The position numbers and the translations under genes are program-made. A DNA stretch of 64,000 nt, taken from positions 735,156,692 to 735,220,691 of the forward strand of contig NC_058130.1 of the NCBI RefSeq assembly GCF_016433145.1. Direction: 5' to 3'. This document shows, piece after piece, positions 33,701 to 47,485 of the stretch. This DNA is from Gracilinanus agilis. Taxonomy: Eukaryota. The first letter of the stretch is position 1; the number at the start of each line of letters is the position of its first letter. The notes beneath the pieces are model-generated. The model was not told where the DNA came from, made no database searches, and saw nothing but the letters and a program-made list of their open reading frames with translations.

Positions 33701-34769
33701 CCAACGCTTGTGAAATGGTCTAGTGTGGTAGAGACAAAGCTCAATTCTTGAATTTCTAAATTCTCCTCCAGTTTGCTGTTTGGAGGTTAAGGGTGCTTCT
33801 GAAACAATACCCTACCCCAAAGGAGGCCGTCTCCCCCCCTCCCCTGCACTCTAGGGGAGACAGAGGAGGAAACAAACCTGCTTCCTGTTCCTAGAGGAAG
33901 ACAGATGGTTAAGGCTGTTTGGAGTCTGGAGGAGGCAGAGCTCCCTGGAGCCTGGAGCAGTCAGAAAAGGCTTCCCAGAAGGAGATTAAGCCTTGAGCAA
34001 GAACTTGAAAGATGGAAGAAGATGAAGGAAAGATCTAGGGCTGGAAGGGGAGACCAACCCCACCTGGGGTTTTTGTAAAAATAATAACAACAGCCTGGCA
34101 CACATTTCTTTGGTCCTTGAAAGCCTACATCAGTATTGAAATGCTCCCCATTTCCTGGAGGAAGAGATGGAAGACAGGGAAGGTTTGAGTTAGGATTCAG
34201 AAAAGCACAACAGACCGCAGACCTAGATCTGAATCCTACCTCTGCTACTTTCCATTTGAGTCATCTGAGCTAACCTCAGTTTCCCTGTTTGTAAAATGGG
34301 GGCCAGACTTCACTCTCTCTACCTAGAAATAGATGGTGTATTTCTAAGGTTCCTCCCAGTTCAGTAAGAATTGATTAAACAGCTATTGAGTTCCAGGCAC
34401 AGTGCTAGGCGCTGTGGGGGACAGAGACAAAGGAGGAATCCGTTCCTGCCCTCAAGAAGCTGATGTTGGGGGTCACATATTGCCACTGAGTGTGACACAT
34501 CTGAGGCAAGCAAATGAATCAACAGAATGGAGGGAGGGCGCTAGGGGAATGGGGAGCACCGACAACTGGATGAGAAGCAGCAGCCTGGTGTTAGAGGTAG
34601 CCCTTGAGCTGGGATGGACATGAAAGGAGCTAGCCAGAACTGAGGAGGGACAGTCAGCCTGTACCAAGACACAGAACCAGAAGATAAAAATCTCCCTGGT
34701 GGAGGAGAGCAAGCCGACCAATGTGGCCCAAATGGAGAGTCCCCGAGCAATGATGATCATGGCAGGGCT

Positions 34770-34920
34770 TCCACTTCCAGCAGCCAAGATGGCAGAGTGA
34801 AGAGCTCTCCGGGATTGCCTAAACCTATCTCCAAATAACCAAGAAGGGGGGAAAAAAGCCTCAAAACAAATTTTGGAGTGGTAGAACCACCAAAAGATAG
34901 GGAAGCAGGATTTTGGCCAG
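34770..34920 (+). mobile_element. L1 5' UTR fragment
   Basis: cttcc...ccaagatggcagagtga start with a YY1-like motif, resembling marsupial L1 5' ends (from memory). Confidence 0.55.
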
Positions 34921-36043
34921 AGATAATAACATTTCTAGAGCACCTACTATGGGCCAGGCTCTTGGTAGATATTTGATCCCCATGACAATCTGGGAAAGAG
35001 GTACCATTATTATTCCCATTTTACAGTTGAGGAAACCTAGGCAAAAGTGAAGAGAGTTGCCCAGGGTCTCAGATACAGTAAGTACCTGAGGTCAAATCTG
35101 AACTCAGGTCTTCCCAACTCTAGACCCCGTGCTCTATCCACTGGGCCACCTCGCTGAAGGGAAGCAATATGAAATCAGAGTGAAAAGATGGGCTGGAGCC
35201 AAACGACAAAGGGCTTTAAATGCCAAACAGAGGGGTTTTGTGTCTTATCCTAGAAGTCATATGGACCCTCTGGAAGTGGCTTAATTGATAGGATAGCCGA
35301 AGAGCTCTCCATCTACAAAGTAGCAATAATGGCTAGCATTTATTATTCATTATTATGTTATTAGCTATAATTAATGATTGATAACAGGATATTATTAAAT
35401 AATTTTATTAGAATTTTCTAGTTTAAAGATTTTGTATAATGGATTTTCTCTGGCTCAAAGCAAGCCTCAGCCCGTATCCTCGAAGGCCACCACTCACAGA
35501 CATTGGTACATGCCAGAGGAGAGAAACCAAGAGCCTCGGCCACACTGGTCATCGCTCTGCCCTTGATTCATCATGCCACCCCAGGCAAGTTCCTTGTCTG
35601 GGCCTTGGTGGTTATTATTTTTTAATTGTTATTACTAAAAAACTCCCAAGGCCATTCCCTTTGGAATCCTCGTCCTGGAAGTTTCTCTTCATTTTCCAAA
35701 TGGGAAAACTGAGAGTTGGAGAGAGAAAGGGACAAGGAAACATACTGGTGACATCCAGACCAGGCCTCTTGCCTCTCCTTCCTGATAGGTTCTTCTCCTT
35801 TTTTTTTTAACCTTCTGTCTTAGAATTGATAATGAGTACTGATTCTAAGACAGAAGAGCAACAAGGGCTAGGCAATGAGGGGTAAGTGACTTGCCCAGGG
35901 TCACACAGCTAGGAAGTATCCGATGTCAGATTTGAACCTAAGACCTCACGTCCCTGGGCCTGGCTCTCAATCCACTGAGCCACTCAGCTGCCCCCCACTA
36001 GCTTATTTTTTAACCATATTTTTTATATTCTTTTAACAAGATA

Positions 36044-36765
36044 CAGTGGTACCTTGACACACAAGTTTAATTCGTTCCACAGCCAAGCTTGTAACTCAAT
36101 TTGCTCACCTATCAAATCGAATTTCCCCATTTAAATGAATGGAAATGTAATTAATCCGTTCCAGCCCCTCAAAAAAACATACACAAATTTTTTGTTTTAT
36201 ATGCTTTTAGATACGAAAATGTACTTAATAAATAACAAATATGTTTGTAGATAATGATAAAGAGTGTAAAGAAATAAACTTGCTTATGAAACATTGTTTA
36301 CCTTTTAGTCAGGCAAAGATGCTGGAGGAGAAGGTTTTTTTCATACACTGTCACTTAACATAACTTACTCTCTGTACACGGAATACTACATTTCAATGCA
36401 AAACTGACCTTACACATTACTTATGATGTGGAACTTTACTGCTATTTTTTTACTTTACTTCATTATCATCACTTTCTTCACTGGATGTTGGCTGTTTTGC
36501 CACTCTTTCCTTGATTTCACTTGGAGGCTGTTTCAACAAAAACCTTTCCATGAAAGTTTGTTCTTCCTCCCTTTCAGAATGTTTCCATAATGTGCGAAAC
36601 AAGCCTTATCACTCTGCTCCAACCCATGAGATTCAAATATCCACTTGTGACTTAAAGCAAAAAATCCTGATTGTGACTGCTCCTGTCTCAAACTGCTCAT
36701 GTATGGAGGGGCCACTGTATACACAATTTGAACCTAAGCAAAACCGATTTGACTGATTTAAGAAC
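36044..36765 (-). mobile_element. Tigger-like (TcMar) DNA transposon fragment
   Basis: TA followed by TIR-like cagtggtaccttgac; minus strand encodes frameshifted HYGNILKGRK / KQTFMERFLLKQP, like the Tigger transposase C-terminus. Confidence 0.7.
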
Positions 36766-36886
36766 ATATTGTTGTACATGAGCACCCTTATATTCTATTT
36801 TAATTTTTTTTGGAGTAAATTAGGATGCAGTTTACAATAATTAAGCAACTGGGCAAGGTTCTGTCTAGTAATACTGCGCAAGTCAC

Positions 36887-37575
36887 TGTGATAATTAGAT
36901 TAAGTCTACCCTGCCCATCTTTAGATTTAATCACCAAAGGTGACAACATCTCCACTTAATTCACAAGTTGGGAGGTCTGTGACCCACCTGTGCTAGAGTG
37001 AGTGACAGATCAAAATTTACTGACTGCCTCCGGGGCAGTCCTAAGAAAAGATTCTGTTGTGATTGGACACAAAAACTAAGAGGAAGGCATAGGAAGTGAT
37101 GCATAAGAAGCCCCTTTAAAAGAGAGCTCAGTGAGTTCAGCTGGGTTCTTCTTGTTCTTGGCTTGGACTTGGAGAAGCTCTGGAGATGGGACCTTGAGAT
37201 CTTGGTGAGACTGTTCTTAAATCTTTCTTTTGGAACTACACATGGTGAGTGAAGAAAGCTGACTACCTTAGCCTCTGGAGGGGCCCTTGACTGGGAGAAG
37301 CCCTAGTGGCTAAAACCCTTGCTAATTGACTTTTAGGCTCTCTGGCTGGGCCTCTGGAGTCCTGCTAGAGTAAAGCCCAGATTTGAACACAAATCTAGTT
37401 CATTACGTTAGATCTCTTACTCTACCCTTTTCTCATCTCTCTATTTCCACTCTCTCCTATATTTTGCAAATAAATTACTAAAATCATTTTAGGAATTGCT
37501 ATTTATTCAGTTCCTTGGTGACCACACCTTTAAATATTAATATATCCAACCAAAAAACCCCTTTTCCCTCTTATA
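36887..37575 (+). mobile_element. Solo ERV LTR (689 bp) inserted in a SINE, 4-bp TSD tcac
   Basis: starts tgtgat; gattgg box, tttaaaa TATA-like, AATAAA at 37469-37474; the flanks rejoin as the SINE sequence caagtcac|ttcaccc. Confidence 0.8.
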
Positions 37576-39449
37576 TCACTTCACCCTTTCTACCTCAGTT
37601 TCATTCTCTGTCAAATGAGCTGGAGAAGGAAATGGCAAACTTAGCTGTGTGATCCTGGACAAGTCACTCACTTCATTGCTGTCTGCCTCAGTTTCTTCCT
37701 CTGTCAAGTGAACTGGAGAAGGAAATGGCAAACCACTCTAGCAACTTTGCCAAGAAAATCCCAGATGGGGTCAGGAAGAGTGGGACTGGACAGAAAGGGA
37801 ACCAAATAGCAACTTCCCTATTCCAGGCACCCCCCACCCCTCCCCAGCTGCCTCTGCCTCAGGGCAGCTGGAAGTCACAGAAGGTTTAAAAACAAAATGG
37901 TTTTATGTCACCCTTCCAGGAGAGAAGGAGAACTCCTCCCTCCTTTCTTGGACCTCTAGGCTAAAAAGGGGCTCCTCCCTGTAGATAGCCTGATCCCTTC
38001 TGTGCAAGAAGCAGAGCAGAAGAGAGGGCCCTCCTCAGTGGAAAGGGAGGCTAGACAAGACTACTTTTGTCCAGAATTAGACTTCCACCCTTAATCTAGT
38101 TTCCTGAAGAAAGGACTTTTGTTCTTGACCTGACCCACCTTTCTAAGGGGACCCATCTGGATTTGGACCCTAGAGAATATCCTTCTATTTCCAGAGGCTG
38201 GAGAAACTGAAAGGAAGGTTTTTCCATAGGCTTCCACACATCCTGGCTGGTTTTTGTTGTTCAGTCATTTCAGTCCCGATTCTTCCACTGGAGCAGTTTG
38301 CCATTTCCTTCTCCAGCTCATTGGACAGATGAGGACACGGAGGAAGACAGGGTGAAGTGACTTGGCCAGGGTCACACAGCTAGTTTGCCATTTCCTTCTC
38401 CAGCTCATTGGACAGATGAGGAAACTAAGGCAGACGGGGTGAAGTGACTTGTCCAGGATCACACAGTGAGGAAGCATCTAAATTCAGATTTGAACAGGAG
38501 ATAAATCTTCCTGACTTCAGGCCTAGTGCTTTATCTACTGTAACACTTAGCTGCTCCCTCCTTTATGGTACTTCTCTCTTTTTTTCCTTTGGTAACTGCT
38601 AGGGCCAATTTCCAAATACTTTGGGCTTCTCTGTGGCCTCTGAGTGCCCCAGAACTTTTATTCTTTATTGATTCTGGGGTTATATGACTAACAAGAATAA
38701 TAAAACATTATTTTAATAATAACATTATTAAAATGATTATAAAATAAAGTCTTAAATTAAATTTTAATTTTAAAATAAACAAAATAATTTTAAAAATTAT
38801 AAGAATAATAGTAAGCAGGGCAACTAGGTAGCACAGTGGATAGAGCACCAGGCATGGAGTCAGGAGGATCAGGGTTCAAATCTGACCTCAGATACTTACT
38901 GGTTGCGTGACTCTGGGTAACTCACTTACCCCCAGTTGCCTAGTCCTTACTGCTTTTCTGTTTTAGAATGGATACTAAAACAGAAGGTAGATATATAAAA
39001 GAATAGCGAGCTAACTTCTATATAGCTATTTGAGGTTTGTAAAGCGCTTCTTAATGATCTCATTTTATCTTCATAACAGTTCTGGGCGGCAGAACAGTGC
39101 TGCTATAATTCTCTTCATTTCACAGATGAGGAAATGGGGAGACAGAGGTTATGTGACTTGTTCAGTAAATAAGTGTCAGAGCCTGATTTGAACTCGGGTC
39201 TTTCTGATGCCAGGTCCAGAGCTCAAGCCACTGCGTGGCATCACCTGAGGAATATAAACGTGAAGAAGGCACAGAACCATTTCACATAGAAGTAACTAGC
39301 TTAGGGGACATAGTAGCTCTTGTAATGGCTGGCATTTTATTTATTATTTAGCAACAATGATAATTATAATGATTACTTTAATTATTATTAATTATGTAGT
39401 TAACTATAATGAACAATTAATACCAGGTTATAATTAAGGAACATAAGAC

Positions 39450-39580
39450 ACTGTCCCTGATTCTCTTCTTACCTGGCTGTTCCTTCTTCATCTCTTTTGC
39501 CTGGATTTTCACCCGGGTCCCGCCTATGGATATTCTCCTGGATTCAGTCCTGGGCTCCCTTCTCTATCTACACTAGTGAT
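39450..39580 (+). mobile_element. L2 RT remnant
   Basis: ggattcagtcctgggctcccttctc...ctacact resembles QGSVLGPLLFSLYT. Confidence 0.55.
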
Positions 39581-42500
39581 GTCAAAGTCAGATAGAAACA
39601 TCTTGCATTATTGACTTAGAAAATCACAAATTAACATTATCTATATTGGATGAAAGCTTTTTTTGTTAAACATTTGCTAATTATTATTATTATTATTATT
39701 TTTTAAGCCTTATCCTCTTAGTACTGATTCTAAGGCAAAAGAGCAGTAAGGGTTAAGTGACATGCCTAGGGTCACACAACTAGGAAGTATATGAAGTCAC
39801 ATTTGAACCCAGGACCTCCTGATTCCAGGCTTGGCTCTCTATCCACCAAGCCACCTAGCTGCCCCTTGTAGAAAGCACTTTACAAATATTATCTTATTTG
39901 TTCCTCATAACAATCCTTCGAGGTAGGTGCTGTTGCCATCCCCATTTTACAGGTAAGGAAATTGAGGTACATAGAGGTAAAGTGACTTGCCCAAGGTCAC
40001 ACAGCTAGGAAATGTCTTGGATCAGATCTGAATTCAAGTCTTCCTGACTCTAGAACTGGTGTTCTATCTACCTCGCCACCTAGCTGCCTGATACTTTGAA
40101 ACATTGCACAATTTCTTAAAAGCAAATCAGCCCATTTTCTTTTTCCTTTTTAATTCAAAAGGCAGTCAGGTGGCTGTAAAATGGGTACAATAAAATAAAA
40201 CAGGTATAAAAATAAGCCCAATGCCTCAAATTGTCATGATGCCAGGCAGGTGCTCAGTAAACATTTATTCTTAGGGGCAGCGAGTTACTACTTATTCTTG
40301 GGGGCAACAAGGTGGCTCGGTAGATAGGATGGAGGTATTGGATTAAAATCTGACCTCGGACACTTCTTAGCTATGTGATCCTGGGCAAGTCACTTAACCC
40401 CCATTGCCTAGTCCTTACTGCTCTTCTTCCTTGGGACCAATACACAGTATTGATTCTAAGATGTAAGGTAATAGTTGTTTTTTGTTTTTAATTTTTATTA
40501 TTCATTTTATTTATTTTCTATTATTTATGTATAAAATATGAATATTATTTATAATAAAATTTAAAACTTTTAAATTTTTAAATAATTTTTTAAAAACCAC
40601 CTTATTCTTTCCCCCCCTTAAAGCTATATGACTTCTGCATGAATCTTCTCTATATGAATCAGCTGTTCTTCCCTTTGTCCCATCCCCCCCAGCCCCTGCA
40701 TCATTCCTGCTTTCTCCAGTAGCACGTAAGGGTCCAAATGTCCCGTCGTAGATGGAAGAAAGAGTTACCAAATTTTTCAGATGATCTTTTCCACTTTTCC
40801 TCCATTCGTTGTCCAGTTTCACCCTTCAAGACCCTCAGGATGCTAATCGTAAGAGCTGGGGTGGATATCTTTATGGATAGCTCATTTGAGCCTCGCCATG
40901 AGGTAGGTTCTATCATTAACCTCATTTTATAAATGAGGAAACTGAGTCTGGCACAGTAAAGTGACTGACCCAGGGTCACAAAGCTGGCAGCAATCTGAGG
41001 CCACAATTGAAGCCAGGATTTCCTGACTCTGGGCTTAGCACTCTGCTTGGCAAAGAGAGAAAAATATTTCCTGGTTGAAACAGTCTTGCCTCTCTTTTGG
41101 TCCATTTATTAGGACAGTTGATTTACTTGTAAAACTTCCTTAGGAAATGGTGGTGTATTGTGATGATGTTTGTCTTTGGGCTTCCTATTTTTAAGCATGA
41201 AAAGGCTTATTTCAATATGTTAACTGGGTGAGATTCTTTCTCATATGGGATGGGGAAGAAGAGGATAAAGGGCTAAATTTAGACTATGTAAAAACAAAAG
41301 GGCAGCAGGGGGACACAATGGATAGAGTGCCAACTTTAGAGCCTGAAGTCAGGAAGACATCCTGAGTTCAGACACTTACTAGCTGTGTGACCTTAGGCAA
41401 GTCACTTAACTCTGTCTCAGTTTCCCAGTTTGTAAAAATGAGTTGAAAGGGGCTCAGTGGATTGAGAGCCAGAGGTCCTGGGTTCAAATCTGGCCTCATA
41501 CATTTCCAAGCTGTGAGACCCTAGGCAAGTCACTTAACCCCCATTGCCTAGCCCTTCCTGCTCTTCTACTTTGGAACCAATACATAAATTGACTACAGGA
41601 TGGAAGGTAAGGGTTTAAAAAAAAGTGAGTTGAAGAAGGAAATGACAAACCACACCGGTATCTTTGCCAAGAAAACCCCCAATGGGGTCACAAAGAGTCA
41701 GACATGGCTAAAAAATGGCTGAACAACAACAAAAACCCTAAATAAAATTGTATTAAAACCAGAAAGGCAGATCAGAGTTGTCTCAATTACTCACCATAGT
41801 TCCTCATTTTCATTTCTTCTTCTAATTTGCTATTGATTTTTATCTTGACTTTTTAAAAGGCTCTAGAATGCTCAGCCCACAAACAGCCAATTCGGAAATG
41901 GTGACGCCATACTTGTTTCCTGTCTGTTAAAAAAATAATCGGTTTCACTTTTTATTATGTTATTTAGTGTTGGCCACATTGAGTGCCTCTTGGCCCAAAC
42001 CAACAAGTATTTAGGAGCCTGCAATACGCCAGGAACCGTGCTAGGCACTGGGGAGACAAAGGCAACAAATGAACCCATCTCTGGGGGGAAACGGCATGTC
42101 CAGAGAGATATCTTTGTGGGATGTGGGCACGAGGCTTCTGGGCCAGCTACAAGCCTTTGGCCTCTTCCATTTCTTGCTCCCAAACAATATCTCTCAATAT
42201 TTTTTAAGTCCATTCTGAAAAAATGCCTATTTTTTAAAAAACCCTCACCATCCGTCTTAGAATCAATATTGTATATTGGTTCCAAGGCAGAAGAGTGGTA
42301 AGGGCTAGGCAATGAGGGTCAAGTGACTTGCCCAGGGTCACACAGCTGGGAGGTGTCTGAGGCCAGATTGGAACCCAAGACCTCCTGTGTCTCTAGGCCT
42401 GGCTCTTCATTCACTGAGCCACCCAGCTGTCCCTCAAAATGCCCATCTTTGCATTCAAGTCATATATGTATATAATATATATGTGCACATGTAATATTAT

Positions 42501-42988
42501 AAATATTATAGTAGTGCCTCTTGATTAAATGATTTTTATTGCCTTGTTAACATTACAAACGTTTCCAGTCTACCCCACCCAGTTGTGAGAGATCCCTGGC
42601 ATCCAAGTAAAACAATTAAGCAAAACCAACAACAGTCCAAAAGTGAATGGACACTCCACACCCATAAACCCCATCCTCTTAAGGGTTCTTTTTATTAAGT
42701 GAACTAAAACTATTTTCTCTTTCTACAGGCACCTCCCATTGAATAAAGATGGTGCCCCCCCCCAAGAAGCAGGAACACAATAAGAGATAATAAGCACAAT
42801 AGAGAGATGATCTCATTTGATCCTCCCAACAACCTGAGATATGGGTGCTACGATTATCCCCATTTTATAATTGAAGAAATGGAGGCAAAAAGAAGCAATT
42901 GGCTCAAGGTCACACCGCTAGTGAATGTCTGAAGCTGGATTGGAACACAGGGCTTCCTGATGCTGGGCCCAGAACTGTCCCCCTAGAC

Positions 42989-43201
42989 CAGTGATGGGCA
43001 ACCTTTTGAGCTTGGTGTGTCAAAATTTGCCAAAAAAAAACCGAGCATAACTCGGGTGGTTTGTCACTTAGGGGAAAAAAACCCCATAATTTCGTGATAT
43101 TTGTGGTTTAAATAACATACTTCTCTGCATGTGGCTGCGGGTCATCAAAAATGGCTACACATGTCAGTGCTGATACGCGTGCCATAGGTTTGCCATCAGG
43201 G
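42989..43201. mobile_element. hAT MITE, 213 bp, with 16-bp TIRs and 8-bp TSD
   Basis: TIRs cagtgatgggcaacct / aggtttgccatcaggg; TSD ccctagac / ccctagat with central TA. Confidence 0.9.
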
Positions 43202-43209
43202 CCCTAGAT

Positions 43210-44190
43210 GGAACAAATATGTATCGTCAAACAAAATCATTGTCCTCCATGGTTGCCTGTGTGTGCCCGCACATCCTCGTGTTTGTATCTCATGGAATTC
43301 ACACGCAGGTGATATTGGCATAAGTGTAATATACACGAGCGCGTAATAGACATTTGTATGTAAGATATGTATTTAATATACATATGTGGAATATAGGAGA
43401 GGCAGATAGGAAACACACGTGACATATAGAGACATACATAATAGGAATCATGTGCATATAATATACATGTGGAACACATTAATAAATTCACGTGCAATGC
43501 ATGAGCAAGCATGCACAACACACGTGTAATATGCACACACTTGCAACACACAAGTGTGATAGTTCTATAAATGTGCATATGTGTAAGTATGACTTAGTGT
43601 GTAATGTCTTCATACACACCCACTGTACACTCATGTGTACCTATATCATGCATGTGTGGAACATGTGATACATGTATAATATATACACAACATGTACCTT
43701 TATAGCTAATATATTGGCATGTATATATAACTCAAGTGTAATATACATACATATGTGATGTACACACGCAATATTTCCCTACACCATATACATGCGTGCT
43801 GTCTAGGTGTATACATAACACACTGTGTAATATTAACACACGTGTAGAGTACCTGTGTGGAAGATATGTTATATGTGTAAACTATGCACAGAAGTTGTAA
43901 AGTTATATACATGCGTATACAACAATGTGATGTGTGTAATGTGCACATGTGCACTCTCAACATAAGAGGTGGAGTACACATGTATGCATGTAATGCACAC
44001 ATGTGGAATATATGCACACGGTGTGTTTGTGTGTGCACGGTACATAGACAACCCCGTGTACATGCATGGGTGCACGGGACATACATGTATGATATCCATG
44101 TACAGCACAGGCATAACCTACAGACCTGTAAGTGCTGCGTGTGGGTATATGATCTACGCATGTGTGTGTGTGTGTGTGTGTGTGTGTGAG
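43210..44190. repeat. About 1-kb degenerate (CA/TG/TA) alternating purine-pyrimidine tract ending in (TG)n
   Basis: directly visible. Confidence 0.85.
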
Positions 44191-47100
44191 CACTGTACGC
44201 ACAACACAACATCGAGGAAACGTGTCTTGTTTGACGCCGCGTACTTGCCGCCGCTGACCAGCGAGGAGCCGTCACCCACGGTGTGCCCGAGAGGGAATAA
44301 AGGGGAGGTGCGGCCCCCCCGGCCATCACGCCTGTCAGCTGCGGGGACACGTGTGACCTCAGCACTCTGGAATAATGGGCGGTCATTGCGCGGGTCATAG
44401 TTTTTACTGCAAAGACAAACAACCTTGAAAGATGTCCATTTACTTATGAGGAAATTATTAAGTTCCTGATATGATTTTTCTGCCTTTTCATCCACTCCGA
44501 TAGATGTTGGCACATAAAATGCAATTATTTTCGTGGGGATCTTTTTCTAAGTGTTTACTATGAGCATCCCAACAGGAGCTAATTATGTCAGCGTGTTCTT
44601 ATTATATCTAATTATATTAGATGATAGGAACTGGTTATATTATAGATTACATATATAATATGTGGAACTGATTTTGCCCGGCGGCTTTGGACTCATGATC
44701 AAATCAGCTTTTTCAGTTCCCTCATTTATCATTTCAGAAGGAACCTGAAAGCCATCTTTTTTCCTGGGTCTGTTTTTATTTTTATTCTTTAATTGTATAT
44801 ATAGTATAGTATATAAATATATCTATGTTGCATATTATATAAATAAATGTATTTCTAGAAATAATATTTTATTATTATGTTTTTAAACCCTTACCTTTTG
44901 TCTTAGTATCAATTCTAAGACAGGCTACACAATTGGGGTAATTGACTTGCTCAGGGTCACATAGCTAAGAAATGTCTGAGGTCAGATTTGAACTCATCTC
45001 CTCCCAATTCCAGACCTGGTACTTCACCCTCTTCTAGATCAGTTTATAAGAGAGCTTTTTAATGTGTTTTATCATCAAGGATTTTTTTGGCCGTCTGGTG
45101 AAGTGGAGAAATCAACTGACTTCTCCTTAGAAGAAGGTTTTAATTTATTTTTATTAAAAAAAATTTTTTTAAACCCTTACCTTCCTTCTTGGAGTCAGTA
45201 CTGTGTATTGGCTCCAAGGCAGAAGAGTGGTAAGGGTAGGCAATGGGGGTCAAGTGACTTGCCCAGGGTCTCACACAGTTGGGAAGTGTCTGAGGCCAGA
45301 TTTGAACCCAGGACCTCCAGTCTCTAGGCCTGGTTCTCAATCCACTGAGATACCCAGCTGCCCCCAGAAGAACATTTTTAAATATTTGAAGGAAAGGCTA
45401 AATTCCAGCTGCAGATTTGTGATAATAAAGATGTCATTTTTTCTCATCCAAATTTATGAGCCCCTAAAACCCTTCCATGGATCCCACAACAAGAACCCCT
45501 TGATTTATAGCAAGAGTGTTAGGATTGGTACAGGAGGGTATCCTGTCAATCACAATAATAATCAGAGAGATAGTAATAACTAGCATTTTTATAGTGCAAA
45601 GTGAATTTTATCGATATTATCTCACTGCAGTAGAGGCCATTATCTTCATTTTATAGATGAGGAAACGGAGGCAGAAAGAAGTGAAAGAGAAGTGACTTGA
45701 CCAGGGTCATGCAAACTCTGGCAAGGCTCTGAAGTCAGGTTTTCCCAATTCCAAATACCTCACTTTTAGAGTACCAATGACTGATTAAAGTGTTTACAGA
45801 TGGCCCCATCTGACTCCATCACCGCAGAAGGGTCCTCGCTGGACTCAGAGCAACTTTGCATTCATCCTCATTTCCTGACTCTCAGGGGCCAAAGAATTCA
45901 TCACCAGGTTTCTGGTCTACAGATAGAGAGCTTCTCTCCTCTTGGCCAGCTCGGTCCTCGGCAAGCTGCCTGTTGCTGGATGGGCGGGCTCCTTTCCAGA
46001 AGGTAGACCTTGCCAGGATTGATTCTCTGCTTCACATGGCCTCCAAAAACTCAAGGTCACCTCTGCACCCCAAAGAGGCATTCTGGGAGGACTTTCCTGC
46101 TGTATCTTAGTTTATGTTTTTCTTAGCTTAGCTCGTAGGTACTCCTTCCTCTAAGAAGGCTTTTGTGATCTCCCCAATTATGCGTGAGCTCTTTCCTTTT
46201 TTATTTTTTATTTTAACCCTTAACATCTGGCTTAGAATCAATAGTAAATATTGGTTCCAAAGCAGAAGAGCAGGTAAGGGCTAGGCAGTGGGGGTTAAGT
46301 GACTTGCCCAGGGTCACACAGCTAGGAAGTGTCTGAGGCCACATTTGAACCCAGGACTTCCCATCTCTAGGCCCGGTTCTCTATCCACTGAGCCACTAGG
46401 CTGCCTGGTTCTTTCTCCCTTTTAAAATGTTTGTGTATTACTTTGTATTTATTTTGCATTAATTTACCTGCAGAGCAGAAGTCCCCAGTAGAAAGGAAGC
46501 CTCTTGTGGGTCTCATTTTTGTCTCCATTTTCCCCAACGTCTAACAAATTGTGTGACACTCTGTAGGTGCCTAATGAATTGTGATGGGTGATTGGGTGGC
46601 CACCCCTCTCTCCCAGGAGCCTCCAGGAGTGTTAGTTGAGTTTTCTGGGGTAGTTTGAGTTCTGGATGTTTTAATAAAGGGATCTGTCACTAATTCAACC
46701 CATGAAAGACTTTCTGATGTCTAATCAGGCCCCCAGCGCAGGGCCAGCTCATTGATTCCTAGTGTTATTATGATTATTATTGTTATCACTATTACACAAT
46801 CTCTCTTTCCTACACACAGGACTTGAGTGGGGCACAATAGCTGTCCCCAATTATTTGAAGGGCCTCATGTAGAACAGGGAATAGCCTTGTTCTATCTGGC
46901 CCTAAGGGTTAGGGGAGTTTCAGAGAGGCAGATTAAATGTGTGGCTGGAAAGAACTTTACAATATTCAGAGCTGTCCAAGAAAGAAATGGGTTGAGTATG
47001 GGGATACTTAAACAGAGGCTGGAGTTAGAAATGTGGATCAACAAAACATTTATTAATATGCCTACTGGGAGGGCAGCAAGGTTGCTCAGTGGTTAGAGCC

Positions 47101-47485
47101 AGGCCTGGAGCTGGGAGGTTCTGGGTTCAAATTTGGACTCAGAAACTCCTAGCTGTGTGACCCTGGGCAAGTCACTTAATTATCACTGCCTAGCATTTAC
47201 CTTCCTTCTGCCTTGGAACCACTTCATAGTATTGATTTTTAAAAAAACCTTTACCTTCAGTTTTAGACTCAATACAGTGTATTGGATCCAAGGCAGAAGA
47301 GTAGTAAGGGTTAGGCAGTGTTAAGTGACTTGCTCAGGGTCACACAGCTGGGAAGTGTCTGAGGCCAGATTTGACTCCAGGATCTCCCAACTCTAGGTCT
47401 GGCTCTCTGTGCACTGAGTCACCAAGCTGCCCCCAGAGGATTGATCCTAAGACAGAAAGTAAGGGTTTAAGAAAACAAAAGTCTA

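Noticed and set aside
44357-44375. REST/RE1 site (ctcagcactctggaata)
   Set aside because: Only the left half matches; the GGACAG half is absent.
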